A stretch of 59,876 nucleotides of DNA, the filler included, from Catajapyx aquilonaris (Eukaryota): NCBI GenBank assembly GCA_000934665.2. It is 2 parts of 2 records of this genome, joined end to end, with 100 filler letters (N's around TTAATTAATTAA, not from the genome) between each part and the next. Parts side by side here need not be neighbours in the genome. Positions count along the whole stretch, not along the records: positions 1 to 29,929 come from KZ539201.1; 1 more part is not named here. One strand, 5' to 3'. Positions 9,998 to 23,746 of the stretch are shown one piece after another; position 1 is the first letter of the stretch, and each line of letters begins with the position of its first letter. Under the pieces are notes generated by a model. That model had not been told where the DNA came from. It saw only the letters and a program-made list of their open reading frames with translations, and did not search any database. The position numbers were made by a program, and so were the translations under genes.

Positions 9998-12900
9998 TCA
10001 ATCAGCATTAGGATCAAAAAATAGAGCTGTGAGGGCGAACAAAATGAACACCAATCCTCCTAAAATTGTCACTGAAAGTAAAGGTGAAAAAAGAAATATT
10101 TAATTACTGCATGAAGCAAGAGGTTAGGCTTTCATCACCCAAATTGCTTACCAGTCCTAACTGATATCCTCTGTGCTATCATTCGGCCTCCTAAAACAGC
10201 CAAACCTGTACAGAGCCCGTGTCCACATACACCACCTACTGTCACTCCCACTACATCCTAGAATATAAAATTATTACTTTTTGGCATACTCAGGAATGTT
10301 AAGGTGCAAACATAAATATCTCCATTGATCAAAAGCCAGTGGTGGGCAGGGTTCCGCTAATCTGCTAACCACTAATGAATGAAACTAACTTTTTGGTTAG
10401 CAGATTAGCGTTTTCGATACCTTGGTAAACCGCTAGCAGACCAATTAGCTTCCACTACATGTAAGCCTGCTAATGAAATTCATACATGTTCCTGTCTCAC
10501 TGTTATTTTCTTAGCAGCATTGCGCAGGGTTGCCAGTTGGCCCACTTCCCACTTGCCAGTTCAGGTGGGTACGTGCAGGCGGAGCACCTTAGCCCAAGCT
10601 AATTTGGCATGCTACTGATGTTTTTGAAGCCCAACTGCCATCCATTCGAAAAGATGGAGTCTGAGATGGTCCACCCAAAGTGAATTACATTTTCCAATTG
10701 TAAAATGTAACTAGGGTGCAGTTGCCAAAATTGGGCAAAAATTTAGGCAAAAGTGCAAAAGTGGAGGGTGGAGGGGGGGAGGGAGNNNNNNNNNNGAGGG
10801 AGGGGGGGAGGGAGGGGAGGGAGGGAGGGAGGGGGAGAGAGAGACGCGCAACTCGACATCCAATGGTGATGCACAGAAGTAAGCGAGTCGGCCGCACCCA
10901 GACGGTAACGCCACCCAGCCCATAACGGCAGAAATGGGAATTCCGTGGTCAGCATTTTCTTTTGCATTTTTTCCTTCTTTTGAGCTTTACGAAGTCCCTC
11001 GGCACAGTTTCCAAAAAACAAACGTGGTTTGCAAATATAGAAAACGCGGGCTAAATGTTGACACCACTCCCAATGCTGTAGGCCATACACAGCGGGAGGA
11101 GTTGCCCTCACAGTAGGGTATTAACAATATAGATACTTCAGTTACAATTAAACTTTTTTACTTTTCGGATTTATTACTTTTGTACGGAACAGCAAATAAC
11201 TAAATAAGGCATATGTGTAGCAGTGCTCTCAAGGCTCTAGCACGCTAGGTCTGTTTTTATTTTTTAAAGGGTCTTAGAGCCAAAAAAGGCTAAATTCATA
11301 TAATAAATGCTAGTGTTAGCTTCCGCTAATCTTTTTATCTGTTTAGTGTTAGCGATTTAGCGAAATCAACGGTTTTAGTTAGCAGATTAGCGGTTCACGA
11401 AGCTAAACTTTCGGTTAGCTGTGCCCACCACTGTCAAAAGAAAAAGTTGCTGCATTCATGCCGCCCAGTTCCACCACCCAATTTAACTGTCAGTTAAAGA
11501 GCTAATTGCCGCTTAGCACCACAAACTGTGCATTGGATCATAATACCAGGGTCAGTCGAAAAATCAGTTTTGCGATGCTACAGTTTCAATGCCATGCACA
11601 GGGTAAAGACAAGCATGATCAGGGACGTCGATCCTTCTGGTACCTTATAGGATGGGTATGCACCATATTGCAGCTTATGTGCAGAAGTGGCAGCTGTCAG
11701 ACAAGACCGCGTGCTGAGCAGAGCGTGCCCAACAGGCTGCACATGCCTGCCCACATTCTGTCAGGAGAAACCATGGCAGACTGATACGTATGTGTTGGTC
11801 ATATGGCCTAAGGCACAAGTGAAGTCACTACCGATGGCGTTGGTAGTGGCCAGCATAGCCAGTTGCCTGGGTCTCTGTATGTCCTTCACGCTCAGGTGCC
11901 AATCACAGAATTGCTGTCACCATAGCTGCACCATTTGCTCAGACATGATGTAGGGACCATACACCTCCACTAGCCACTGATGAATGTTGATGTCCCACAT
12001 GCCCATCACAGAGAACACCCTGGCCTAACTTGTGCCTTAGTCCATGTGACTAACACATATCTGCCTGCCATGACTTCTCCTGGCGGAATGTGGGTGGGCA
12101 TGCTCTGCTCGCCACACAGTCTCGTCTGACGGCTGCCGCACCTGCACATAAGCTGCAAGATGGCACCTACCTGTCCTAAAAGGTACCCGCAAGATCATGT
12201 CTCGACTCATGTTCGTCTTTACCCTGTCCGTTGCATGGAGTCGAAACTTACGTTCCAACTGACCCTTGTACAATGACCAACTGTGGAAACTTACATTCAG
12301 AGGTTGTTTGTTTAATCCTTGCACAAGTGCCAACAGAGCATTATTAGGTGTACCTCACTTGCCTCATGTCTTGTCTAGGGCAAGATGACAGTCATTTTTT
12401 GGCTGTTACTTTTAACCAATCATGAAGGTAGTTTTAAGCCTGGTTTCGTCAGAAAATGAGGGTATGTGACGACTCACACAAACACGTGTCAATCTTATAG
12501 TAACCACCATAGTAACCACACCACATATTACAAAAGTCGTTTTCATGCCTACCTCCCAGGAGGAACACAAACACTTTTTAAAAATGGAATGACTGTTGTA
12601 AAATGGTTACCATGGTGGTCACTATGGTTACTCAGAGTTTGAATGACGAGTCACAAATCCTCGTTTTCTGGTGGAACAACGCATCTGCGGCACTAAGTGT
12701 ATTGGCAAAAATGGTTTCTTTATAGTCACTATCATTCCTCAAAATATGCGCACTTTATTTAATTTACACCCTGTATATTAACACTTAACCACCAACGTGG
12801 GGTATTAAGGCAAATTTTTTTTAAAATGACAACCGCGTGGGGTCGTGAAATACCCCACGTCGTAGCCAATGTGTGGCAGATTCACGTTGGTGGTTAAGTG

Positions 12901-15900
12901 TTAAGAATGCAGGTTTAACAATGCCAGCAATGCATTCCCTGGGCCATTAATATAGAAATACCTTTTTAAATAAACTTTCCATGTCAATTACAAGCCAAGA
13001 TATCCAGAAAATTCAATTTTATGGCGGCCATGATGCCATTTGCGCAAATGCCAACATTGATCTTCATATTCCTGGTGTTATAAGCTTTGCAAAAATGTGC
13101 GACGTTGCTAAGCTCCATAAAATTTGAACGAACATACATAACGACCCTGACTATAGGGTTTTGTGACAAAGCTAGAATTGTGGGATATTGTTTTGCCCGA
13201 TAAAGTGTGGGAGGGATGGTCGACTTGTAGTTGCAAGGGGAATTACATTTTGGATGGGTAAAGGGTGTAACTATGTTGTAAAAATGTAATGTCTCTATGA
13301 AGATGCAAGGGTGGAAGTCCCCTATAAAGGGCAATAGCCCAACAGGGTAACAAATCAATCAAATCAATCAATCATATGATGATCGTAGGCCTCAAAGGGT
13401 TAATATTATGCCACAGCACCAGATTATTTCCCAATATTGGTAGCTATATGCCATTTCCTTAACCTGTTGACGGTGGAGTTTTTTGCAGGATTTTGGGCTG
13501 TTTTTTTCTCTTTTGTCCAAAATTTGATGTAGGAGTGATATTAATGAATAACAACTTCACGCCAAAATTAATCGTTTTCATTCATGGTGGTCCTTTTTAA
13601 TGTAAAATGCCAGAAAAAACTCATCAACAGGGTGTTCCAGAAATAACTTTTTAAGAATCGTTTGGCTCGCATAACGTCGATATGCCTAACAAGTTTACAT
13701 AATCACAATACACCAGCGGTTCTTAAACTGTCCTAGACCGCGGACCCCCTTCAGAGATCACTCGCCCTCGAGGACCCCCAAGAATTAAGTCAAAGTTTAA
13801 AGCTCGGAATGATTTGTATTTTGTATTTCTATCACACAATGCTCTATTTTCATATCTGCGTCTAGTCGAGAAATCGTTGCGAATTTGCATCTTCACGCAC
13901 GTGCGAATACCAGCTTCTCGCAAGGGGTGTTTTCATAACAACATAAACAACTGCGTGCGTATTTTTCAGAACCTTTGTGGAACACTGGTAGGGTCTCGCG
14001 GACCCCAGTTAAGAACTGCTGCTATACACTTATTATGGTTGCATAATATTACCACAACACTGGTCATCTACCATGTTAACAGTTGGTGCCTCGACATTTC
14101 TCTCCCCTACATTCTCGACTTGTTTTGGCCCAAGAAATACACTGATGGCCATTGGCACTAGTAATAAACACCCTGTATAGAGTCAACTGTACATCTTTTA
14201 GTTAGTAATTGGCATATCAAAAAATCAGTCACACTCTGTCATTCCAAGAGAAATTAAAATAATGATCTAACCTGTCATAATTTGATAGTAGGCTAGACAA
14301 AATTGCAAAATTGATAATTTGAAATGCAGACTTGTGCAAAACACAAATCTATAGAACAAACTCATTTTCATTTTTTCATCCCGCCTTATTACAAACAACT
14401 TCCACTAATAATATTGCCAGACGGAAGAAAAAGATGATCCTGGAATATAGCCATTCTTGTAAATAATGTTCTTTAGTTCTTGTTTAGACTGGATGTACTA
14501 CTCCTTGACAATAGACCAGTAGCAAATATTTTAAAAGGGTGTTACTAACTTCCCTGGCTGCAAGGATGATGGTGGCAAGCTGTGACCTGTCACCCCACTC
14601 GGCCAAAAATGTGAGTGAGAGAGCCTGCAGGAACACTTGAGAGATAATGGAGAAGATGAGGCGCCTGCGCCTTGAGCCCAAGCGGCAAATGCCTGTCTCG
14701 GTGTCCTGGCTCAGCATTGCTTCCTTCTCCATCTGTGGGTTTGGTAGAGGGTTTAAAAAATGAAGGTTAGATATCAACAATTGGTGTGTGTTCTCAGTCC
14801 TCAATAATTAAGCCATAAAAGTAGAGTCAAGCAGTGAAACTTAGGAGCTACCTGAAAGTAGCTTACTCCAGATCCTTCATATTTGACAAAACTTTCCATT
14901 CCTTTTCACAAAATGTCACCTATTTTTAAAGAACACTTCCACATACAAGCCATTATTGTAAAGCTGTAATAAATAATGGCTATACACTCACAATTCATCA
15001 GCCATTATTTTAAGAACAAACCCACAGCACCCAAGATTTTGATTTGCCTTTTCATGCCATAGAATTAAACAGTTTTCAATTACCCCCTATAATTTTTGAT
15101 ATGTTAAAAAGCCATGTTATATTTCATTGATAAGTGGAATGCACATTACATGCTCTCCATATCACTTCAGTTCATATTATGTAACAGAGCACCTGGCCAC
15201 TGTGCATGTGTCGTAAAACCTGCAAAATGATGAACCCAGTAGTTAGTTTATCTTTTTTAACCCTTTGACGCCTGAGTTTTTTTTCCTGTTTTTTTTTTTT
15301 CGTTCCTTGAACAAATTTGTAGTAGGAGCGATATTAATGACAAACAATATGATCTAATATTTATTATTTTAACTTGTGGTCCTTTTGAAAGTCAAATGCC
15401 GAAAAAATTCATCTGCAGGGTGTTCCAGAAAAAAAAAATTAAAGTGCAATTAATTGTAAACTTAATAAAATTAATTTAAATATTCAAAGTCACTATAAAA
15501 TTGTTATTATGGTTACATAATAAAAATAAAACACAGAACTATGAGAAATCCCTAAGAATCCAGACTTACGAGACACCCTGTTCTGACACCACATGAGGGG
15601 TTATGTTTAGCTGACACTGGGAGGCGGAAAACTGATAAGTATACGCCATGGCAGTTGAGCCCCTTACACAAGGTGGTAGGACCAGTTTGATCCTCAAACT
15701 GCGCAATTTCTGTCTAAACTCTAACGCGCCCAGTTCAAAAACCCGCAGATCGTCATATGACGATCGTAGGCCTCAAAGGGTTAAGAGAGATGTCAATTTC
15801 TTTGGGTAAGTTTCTTTATGAAGGGCATCATTCAATCAATAATTAATAATATGATACACAAGGTTATGCCCATGTATCATAAACGTAGCTTTATGGTGAT

Positions 15901-18900
15901 CAGGCAGGCAATTGTGGCCATCCAAAGATTTATATCCTCTCCGGAAATTCCCTTCTTTTAAAAATTTACACACAGAGCCTAGTTTTCTACAGTTTACTCC
16001 GGATATAACAGGCTTCAAGGGACCACGGAAAAAAGTCAGTTATAGGTCTGTTAGAGCCAAATCGCCTCTTTTGCAACAAAGTTTTCTGCTTTTCATATGC
16101 TTTTAATGCCCACTACTGCATACATTTATGAAACTATCCACAAAAATGCAAAATTAGCTCATCCGTAAATGACGCAGAACCAAAAAATCCGTCATTTTCT
16201 TCTGCTGTCCCCTTGTTGCCAAATATACCAAAAAAAAGTATGATTTTGAATAGCTTAGACCAGTGACAGATGCGAAAATCACCCCCGATCCAGTATTATC
16301 TGCGTTTCTGGGATTGGGAAATAAAGTTACATAATCAAAAACAGAATATTTTCCCACAGAGGCCAAGGAGAAATTTCCCATGACTAAAGCAACCCACATA
16401 ATTATATGGAAAAGCTGTATTTCAGCCAACAACCTTTTTCAATGACGCAACTCTATTGGTGTCTTATTTTCTGAGAGGAAATGGAATTAATGTTACTGGA
16501 CCTAATTCAAGATGACATCTATAATACATTGTCCTTCTATGAGTTCAAAACGCTGAGTTTGCTCAGCCAGCACATTCATCAGGTGGATTCCAGAAAAGAT
16601 ACTCTGTCTGAAAGATTTAGCTTAGCAAGAGGAGAGGATTACACAAAATAAGCAATTGGGCTGCTCCCTGGACATGACAATACTGGTTGGGAGCCACAAA
16701 CTATAACTCCACAAACCAAGAAACACATGATATAAGCTCCATCCTGTTCCATCTAAACACTGAATTGCAATTAACAGCATACTTCTAGATTACTCCTAGT
16801 AGACTCCTTCATTCCTAGATGATAGTGTGGTGCTTCACTGCAAAGAAAACTTCAACCATTGACCTTTTGCTTAATGTGTTCAGGCCCTCTCATTCCAATA
16901 CCCGTTAGCTTTTAAGTCAGTGTTGGTGAGTGCTGCAAATATGTCCTGCTGCCAACAAAGGATGCCTCCAATACAGTCTGCTTTGCTCTGTGTATCAATG
17001 GTCTTTAATGAAGTTGTAAGTAATAACAGTATTAGATTTTTAAAAAAGAAAGTGAAATTCACAAGGGAAGTGTAAGTGTTGTCCGTGGAGTTTCTGAATG
17101 AAACTTGGGACAATAATATAGGCAGGTAAGTTATTAAAGAAAATGCAAACAATTTAGGCAGATGCCCACAAGGTCAAAAGTTATGACCTCTCGAATTCAC
17201 AAGGGACACTTTCCAAGGTCTCACCGATTATCTTGAAATTCGGTGCATTGGTAGCCCACCCCAAGGGATGAAAACGCACCTAACATGACCTACTCAAAAT
17301 GACCAGGTGACCCCTTTTGGGGGAGGGGGGGGGGGCAGAGGTCAACTCTTAAATGCCGAAAACTCACTGATTTTCTTGAAATTCGGTACATTGGTAGGCC
17401 ACCCCAAGGGACAAAAAACGCACATAAAGTGACCTGCTCAAAATGACCCGGTGACCCCTTTTTGGCAGCTACCAATGCACCGAATTTCAAGAAAATTGAT
17501 GAATTTTCGGCATTTAAGAGTTGACCTCTGCCCCACAAAAAGGGGTCACCGGGTCATTTTGAGCAGGTCAGTTTACGTGCGTTTTTCATCCCTTGGGGTG
17601 GCCTATCAATGTACCGAATATCAAGAAAATCAGCGAGACCTTGGAAAGTGTCCCTTGTGAGTTCGAGAGGTCATAACTTTTGACCTTGTGGGCATCCGCC
17701 TAAATTGTTTGCATTTTCTTTAATAACTTACCTGCCTATATTATTGTCCCAAGTTTCATTCAGAAACTCCACGGGCAACACTTACACTTCCCTTGTGAAA
17801 ACATTGGCTTGAGACTTGTGAATTTGAGATTTTTCATTCTTGAAATAGCCACAGAAAGTGCTAGGAACAGTCCAGAACTTTCATTTTAATTTTCATGAAA
17901 ATGGTAGATAATTGCCAATTTTTTAAGTCATGTTAGTCACTGAAACCAATATTCATTGCATTGTTCAACGCTGTTACAATGGGAATACAAGACTGCTACT
18001 TTCATTATGTTAGGATTAAGTTAAGAAAATGGGGCTCAAAAATTGGGCATCATCTAACAATTCCATGAAAATTAAGCATAGCATTCTAGAAAGTTCCCAG
18101 CACCTTTGGTGGCCATTTCGAGTAAAAAAAAAACAAATTCAAGAGTTTCAACCTCATATTTCCATAACCCGTGGACCAGGTACTGAAAACCTGAATTTCA
18201 CTTTTCCACCTAATATTATCAAGAACAATTTCCACTAAACTTATTGATAGACAGAGCAAAATCAAATCTGGAAGGGATCCCTTCCATACATCAGGAGTTA
18301 GAAAGGTAAGCCTTCTTTAACCTTACCTCATCATCCCTCTTCCTCAGGTCAGACTGAACCTCCTCAAACTCTTCTTGGCCTTCATTTGGTGACATATAGT
18401 AACCCTCACGGAGCATTTTGATTCCAAATATGGCAAAAAGAGCAGTGGATATGTAATAGGTGTAAACACGTGGGATAACCGTCACTGCCCAACCAAACAG
18501 GGCTGAAACAGAAATGGCAGGAAGAATCAAAAATGAGAATAAAGCATCAATAATATAATAAATAACAAGTTTGGACTGTGAATTGAATTAGGAAACATTT
18601 TACTTATTACCACTATTAACACCACTCAAGACAGTCTTGTTCATTTGTTTTTTGGAGGAAGGATCAGCAAAAGAAAATGTTAAAACCCCGATTGAGTTTT
18701 GTTTTTGATGTGTACAGGATAAAAGTACTTTCAGGATCCACATCTCTAGTTGATCAGGATGGCTGTGGCAGTTTGGTTCATGGTGGAGAAAAAAAAGGAC
18801 TCGCTTACTTTAGAAGCTTATCTTTAGAAGTTTACAGGCTCTCCACCAGCTCAGCAGAAGATAGGTGGCCGTAATTATTTTTTTTCTCTAAATGGAACAT

Positions 18901-19419
18901 GAGAACCTGCATCAATGGCTGTGTGTGATGAATTGCCCTGATGGGTGTATAAGGATCTCTTCCAGGTCTGATATTGCAATGACCCACAGTAATTTTTAGT
19001 AGGGGAGATCAGGGTCGGTTGTAACACTTTTTAGTCTGGATTTTTAATTCATTTGCATATGCATTTAGGCAAAGGTTTTTGACATGGTGGAAATAAGGCA
19101 ACATTCCTCTATGTAAAATTAACATTATAAAATCTTAAGATTAAAAATCGATAGAGTTATAAATATTTTTCCAAGGCAAGGCAGTGTGTTACAACCGACC
19201 CCATCATAGGGGCGGTTGTAACAGAGAGTCGATTGTAACTAACTAACACTATGTCTTAAATGGTAAATGTAATGTGGAAGAACAGTTTACACCCACTCAT
19301 CTTCTCGGCAATTGTCTTCATAGCCTACTTGATCCACATTGCGCTTTATCTCTTGATACACTGGAATTTATTCAGCAGAATAGTATTGCAAGAGAATAGA
19401 TTTTTTTTTTTTTTTTTTN

Positions 19420-19451
<32 letters not shown>

Positions 19452-22431
19452 GTAGATGGCCGAGATGGTAACGTCTCGGCTTGCTGAGTGAAAGGCCCCA
19501 GGTTCGATACCCGCCTGGGGAACTTTCCTTTCACCTGCGTCAGGAGGGTCTCTGACCTGTACCTTGGAGGTGTCTGGCAACCTAACCTCCTGGGGGACTG
19601 CACATGACCCCTTTACCGACATTGCACTTGCACCAATGTTCCCTCCCCAAAAATCCCTATCCCTACCCTACATCCTTGACTCCTTGCACCAGTGAATCTA
19701 AGAGTAGGGAAATGTCCATAACGGAGATTTTTTTTTTACAACAAAACAACGAGGACATTGTAAGTGTGATAGTGACAGTTATTTTTAAGTTTTGAACACC
19801 TTTCGTCGCTGGATATAAAGGTAGTCTTCATTATAGAGTTCTGTACTCAAAAAAACCCAAACTTCTCTAACTCGAATCTTCTATAACTCGAAGATTTTTT
19901 CACGACCCATGGAGATTCGACTTATAGAAGTTTTCCTGTATTAGGTGGAAAAGTGAAACTCTGTCTTTGCCTGCTTAGATCCCCAACTGGAAAATATGGA
20001 TTTGAAAATTATCTTTTACATACTCGTACTTCAAATGACTACCGGTTTCAGGAGTGTTTAAAAATCTTTATTAAATTTTTTACAGAAATTATAAAAGGGG
20101 CCATTTTTAGTGTTGCAAGTTGTCCACTAAAATTGCTATTAATAGTTAATTGCATGTGAATTATTAATTTCCCATTAGACTGCCATATTTTTGTCCCATT
20201 GTGCAAACAGGGGTTGCCAGATCATCAGTGTTATGAAGTTTTACATTTCCTGAACAATAAGCAACAAAAAATTAGCCTTTGCACCTATTGCCAGAAAAAA
20301 TTATATAAAAATTATCAAATACTCCAAATTCTCTCTGTGGCCATATGAAGCTGGAAAAAAATTGCACTAATGATTTTCAAATTCAGATTCTCAATTGGGG
20401 ATCTAGGTCTAATTAAGAAACAACTTCAGTTTCATTATTATTCATGTAACATTATTAGTAATAAGTTTGCACGAAAATTTATTGAGGGTCACTGCCAAAA
20501 TCAATCATGGAATCCTTTGACTGTGAAAAACACGAGGCTCAGTGAGGGGGAAATTAGTGCTGCCTCGTTTCTGGCAGCCCCCACAGTGGCATGTAAGCAA
20601 CCTATCAAACCCTGGCAGAAAACTAGTGATTTACCTGACAGCAAGGGGCATGCCACCTTAAAAGTGCAGTTAGTCACAATAACATTTGAAACTTCACACC
20701 CCACATGCAACTGATTTTTGGGTCAGAAATATGAAGAAGATATAGGTGAAGCCTTCCATGTCGAAATTGGAAGGTCTACACTCTTTTCTGGAGGTGGGAG
20801 GGGGGTTTGAAAGAAGCAAAAAATGCTTGAACTCTCCAAATTTGTCAGGCTTATACAGGGTGTTCCATAATAACACCAACAACACTCTAAGTGGCAGTCC
20901 TGTCCACCATGATCACTTTCTGTCAAGGTGTCACTTGGTCTCGGCATACTAGTTACTGAGATAAACTGCATAACAAAATTAGAGATTCATTTTGGTGCTC
21001 AGCTGACGAGTAAATGCTGGTGGACCAAAACTAGCCCAGTCCCTAATGTTCCTCTAAATGTAGTCCAATGAACATATCTATGCCTTGCCCTAGTTGTATC
21101 AGGAGTGACCTAGGGTCCTCCACCCCACCCTACACTACTAATACTCATGGAAAGCCACCAAATCAAACTGACAAGCACAATTACATTACCCATGGCCTGA
21201 TAATAATTCTGGGTGTGTTCCTTTCATGCACTGGAACCACCCTAGCCACGGGGTGCCAACCTTCACCATGATTTTCCACCCTCCTTGGAGGTCATGTGAC
21301 CTGGTCAATTTATGTCAATGCCCATGAGCTGATCAAGTTACTTTACTGCCTGGATGATTCAGGGTGCTTCAAATTTCAGAAATTCCTACGCACCTTCAAC
21401 CTCACAACCCGCTGATGGGGTTTAAGAACTTGGGCACAAAGTGTGTTTCTAACTAGTCCAACCAACGGCCGTCAACGACTCAACGTATTCCTTGGGCCAA
21501 AACAAGTCTAAAATGTAGGGGGAGAAATGTCAAGGGATCAACTGTTAACGAGGTAGAAGACTAGAAACATTGGCCGGTGGTTGCCGAAGTTGCAGGATAT
21601 GATCGGTGATGATCACTTCTGTGAAAGCAGTGACCTTGACAATCCCAACAGTCGCGATTTTCACGCTCATATCCTGCTCCTTCGGCAACCATTGACCAAT
21701 GGTTGTGGTCAAGGTCATTTTAACGGTTGCTCCCTCGACATTTCTCCCCCCTACATTTTTGACTTATTTTGTCTCAAGTAATAAGCAGATGGCCGTTGGC
21801 TGGACTAGTAACAAATACCCTGTATGTTAAAAGTAGGGTCAAAAATTGTTGAAAGCTATTGGGACACCCTCAGCAACACACGATGCCTTTTTGTAGGAAG
21901 GCAGGTGGGCCTGTCCACCCAGAGTGGTTGCCTAGGGAGAACGATATGAGTGTGATAATTGCTAAATATTGTGAAAGAGGGTACCCTGCAAAATCCCACC
22001 AGTCATGATTATCACAATCATATGCTGCTCCCTATGCAACTATTGTAGGGTGATAGGATCCAACTGCCAGACTATCTCCCTACAGAAAGGTACTGTGTGT
22101 TGCTGTGTGTTTATAGGCAGGCCAATGTGGATGTCTACCTCATTACCTGTTAGGCCCTTGACATTTGTCGCCGCCACATTTTTGACTTGTTTTTGATCAA
22201 CTCGTATGCTGATGGCTGGACTGCATACTAGTAAGAAACACCTTCCATAAAATCATACTCTCAGATCTAAATTACATCTTAATTTCACACATCAAGTGGA
22301 ATGCCAATAAAAATTGGGTGACCAGCAGGCCAGTCAGGGTTGGCATGATTATAATCAATTGATTATAATCATTGATTATAATCATGATTATAATCAACTG
22401 ATTAATAATGAAAAATCTTGATTATAATCAC

Positions 22432-22488
<57 letters not shown>

Positions 22489-23746
22489 CAATAATAATAT
22501 ACATTTATCCTACCAATAATCACAAACTCACCAGTCAAAAAGTTAAAACTTAAAACTCTTGACTCTTGAGTCTTGACTTATTCTATATGTAGTAAACTAC
22601 AGTTTAATTATCATAATCAGTACATGAGAACATGACAGAGCCACAGCGGTAGTGCATCAGGCACTGCTTTCTGCGTAATACAGTAGTGTACAATAATACT
22701 GTAAGTGTTACAGACTTACAGGTATGTATCAACAGATCAAAAAGAATTGTCCCTGAGCATCGAGTGGGCAGCCACGCGTCAGGATGAAAGGAACCAGTTA
22801 ACTGGTTCCTTTCATCCTGACGGGTGGCTGCCCGCTCGACGCGACGGGACAATTCTTTTTGAACTGTTGATACACAGGTACACTACTGAATAGTGTAGTC
22901 GGCTAGTCGCTCCCAAGTAAGCGGAATCCGTGTTAAACGAGGATTGACTGTATATTGTACTTTCCTTGGAATGTAACATGTTTGACAATATTGACATACA
23001 TTTCTTGATTTTCTTCAAATAGCAGGTGGGGTTTTTATCAGGAAAATGAAATAAAGTGCTGTTCTACAAATAATAACATTATTATCAAAATAATCCGATT
23101 ATTTGATTATTTTAAAATAATCATTGATTATTGCCAACCCTGAGGCCAGTATACCCTAGTGGAACCAGCCTGAGGTTGACAATTGGGGTAATATTCTTGA
23201 TTTCCTCCCGCCCTTAAAACTGTAGATATTTTCCCTAATATGTGGAATTTTCAAGGTCCTCCAGTCACAATATACCGGCAGACAATGCCTTAATGGTAAC
23301 TACAACATTTCATAAATAGTAGCTACAATATGACCACAAGCAGCCCATTCAATTAACTAATCAAATCCTTAATTACCTGAGAGTACGGTCATGACTCCAA
23401 GGGCTGTCATTGCTCCAAGAAAGACAGTTAATCTTGCATGCCTCATAGCCATTATGGCTGCTATGAAGAATGTCTTGTCACCCAGCTCAGACACAATAAT
23501 GACTGAAAGGGCTGCAACAAAGGCATGCAGAAATCCCACATTGTCTGTGCCCATCATCCAGGAGGGTAGAGTAGGGGCAGGCACAGGTACAGATTCAGGC
23601 TTTGCAACCACCTCCAGATCACTTCGAAGCTCCTTTTCTAGAGGCCGATCGGTCACCCTAAGGTCCTCAAAATCAACCGGCTCCTTCTCTGACCGGCATC
23701 CAGAAGCCAGAAATATCAGCAAAAGCAGAAGTTTCATAGGTGCCAT
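9998..23746 (-). CDS. TMEM165: Transmembrane protein 165 (GDT1/UPF0016 family Golgi Ca2+/Mn2+ transporter), 302 aa
   Basis: Coding exons 23377-23746, 18327-18502, 14550-14732, 10152-10257, 9998-10071, all GT-AG with consistent phases. Signal peptide (MAPMKLLLLLIFLASGC), both UPF0016 motifs (SELGDKTF, AEWGDRSQ) and C-terminus GHGLCTGLAVLGGRMIAQRISVRTVTILGGLVFILFALTALFFDPNAD*. An acceptor at 23808-23809 implies an upstream 5'-UTR exon. Confidence 0.96.
10337..11433. mobile_element. hAT-family non-autonomous element in TMEM165 intron
   Basis: TIR CAGTGGTGGGCA / TGCCCACCACTG; TSD TCAAAAGC / TCAAAAGA (7/8); subterminal GCTAA/TTAGC repeats. A one-ended copy lies at ~43770-43914. Confidence 0.82.
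11546..12268 (-). mobile_element. Mariner-derived MITE with transposase HTH remnant and inverted duplicated 5' end
   Basis: TA-flanked termini C(C/A)AGGGTCAGT; ~11600-11830 is the inverted copy of ~12030-12230. The minus strand encodes HQWLVEVYGPYIMSEQMVQLW*QQFCDWHLSVKDIQRPR (Mos1-type HTH). Confidence 0.78.
12782..12900. mobile_element. piggyBac-like MITE
   Basis: TTAA on both sides; TIR CACTTAACCACCAACGTG / CACGTTGGTGGTTAAGTG. Confidence 0.8.
13714..14021. mobile_element. hAT-family MITE
   Basis: TIR CAGCGGTTCTTAA / TTAAGAACTGCTG; TSD CAATACAC / CTATACAC (7/8). Confidence 0.8.
15261..15780. mobile_element. piggyBac-like MITE
   Basis: TTAA TSD; TIR CCCTTTGA(C/G)GCCT / AGGCCTCAAAGGG. Fragments of the same family at ~13372-13403 and ~13459-13650. 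Confidence 0.8.
17060..17797. mobile_element. Fold-back element (~270-bp inverted arms, internal repeated module), superfamily unassigned
   Basis: CACAAGGGAAGTGTAAGTGTTG...GGAGTTTCTGAATGAAACTTGGGACAAT mirrored at 17745-17797; internal ~90-140 bp module repeated in both orientations; no clear TSD. Confidence 0.8.
19448..19693 (+). mobile_element. tRNA-derived SINE (shares core with 45723 and 46990 copies), preceded by (GA)n
   Basis: A box TGGCCGAGATGG, B box GGTTCGATACC; downstream ATGACC...GACATTGCACTTGCAC core as in the other copies. Confidence 0.75.
19694..19938. mobile_element. Partial copy of the pogo/Tigger-like MITE at 55741-56452
   Basis: Near-identical to ~56097-56300 plus the right TIR TTCGACTTATAGAAGTTTTCCTG-TA. 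Confidence 0.75.
21440..21823. mobile_element. Tc1/mariner-type MITE family (partial copies also ~14060-14177, ~22100-22245)
   Basis: Inverted arms ACTAGTCCA.CCAACGGCC...GGCCGTTGGCTGGACTAGT ending in CCCTG-TA; related sequence is repeated elsewhere in the window. Confidence 0.6.
22335..23142. mobile_element. hAT-family MITE containing (TAA)n and a nested palindrome
   Basis: TIR CAGGGTTGGCA / TGCCAACCCTG; perfect 8-bp TSD AGGCCAGT; subterminal GATTATAATC repeats. Confidence 0.88.
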
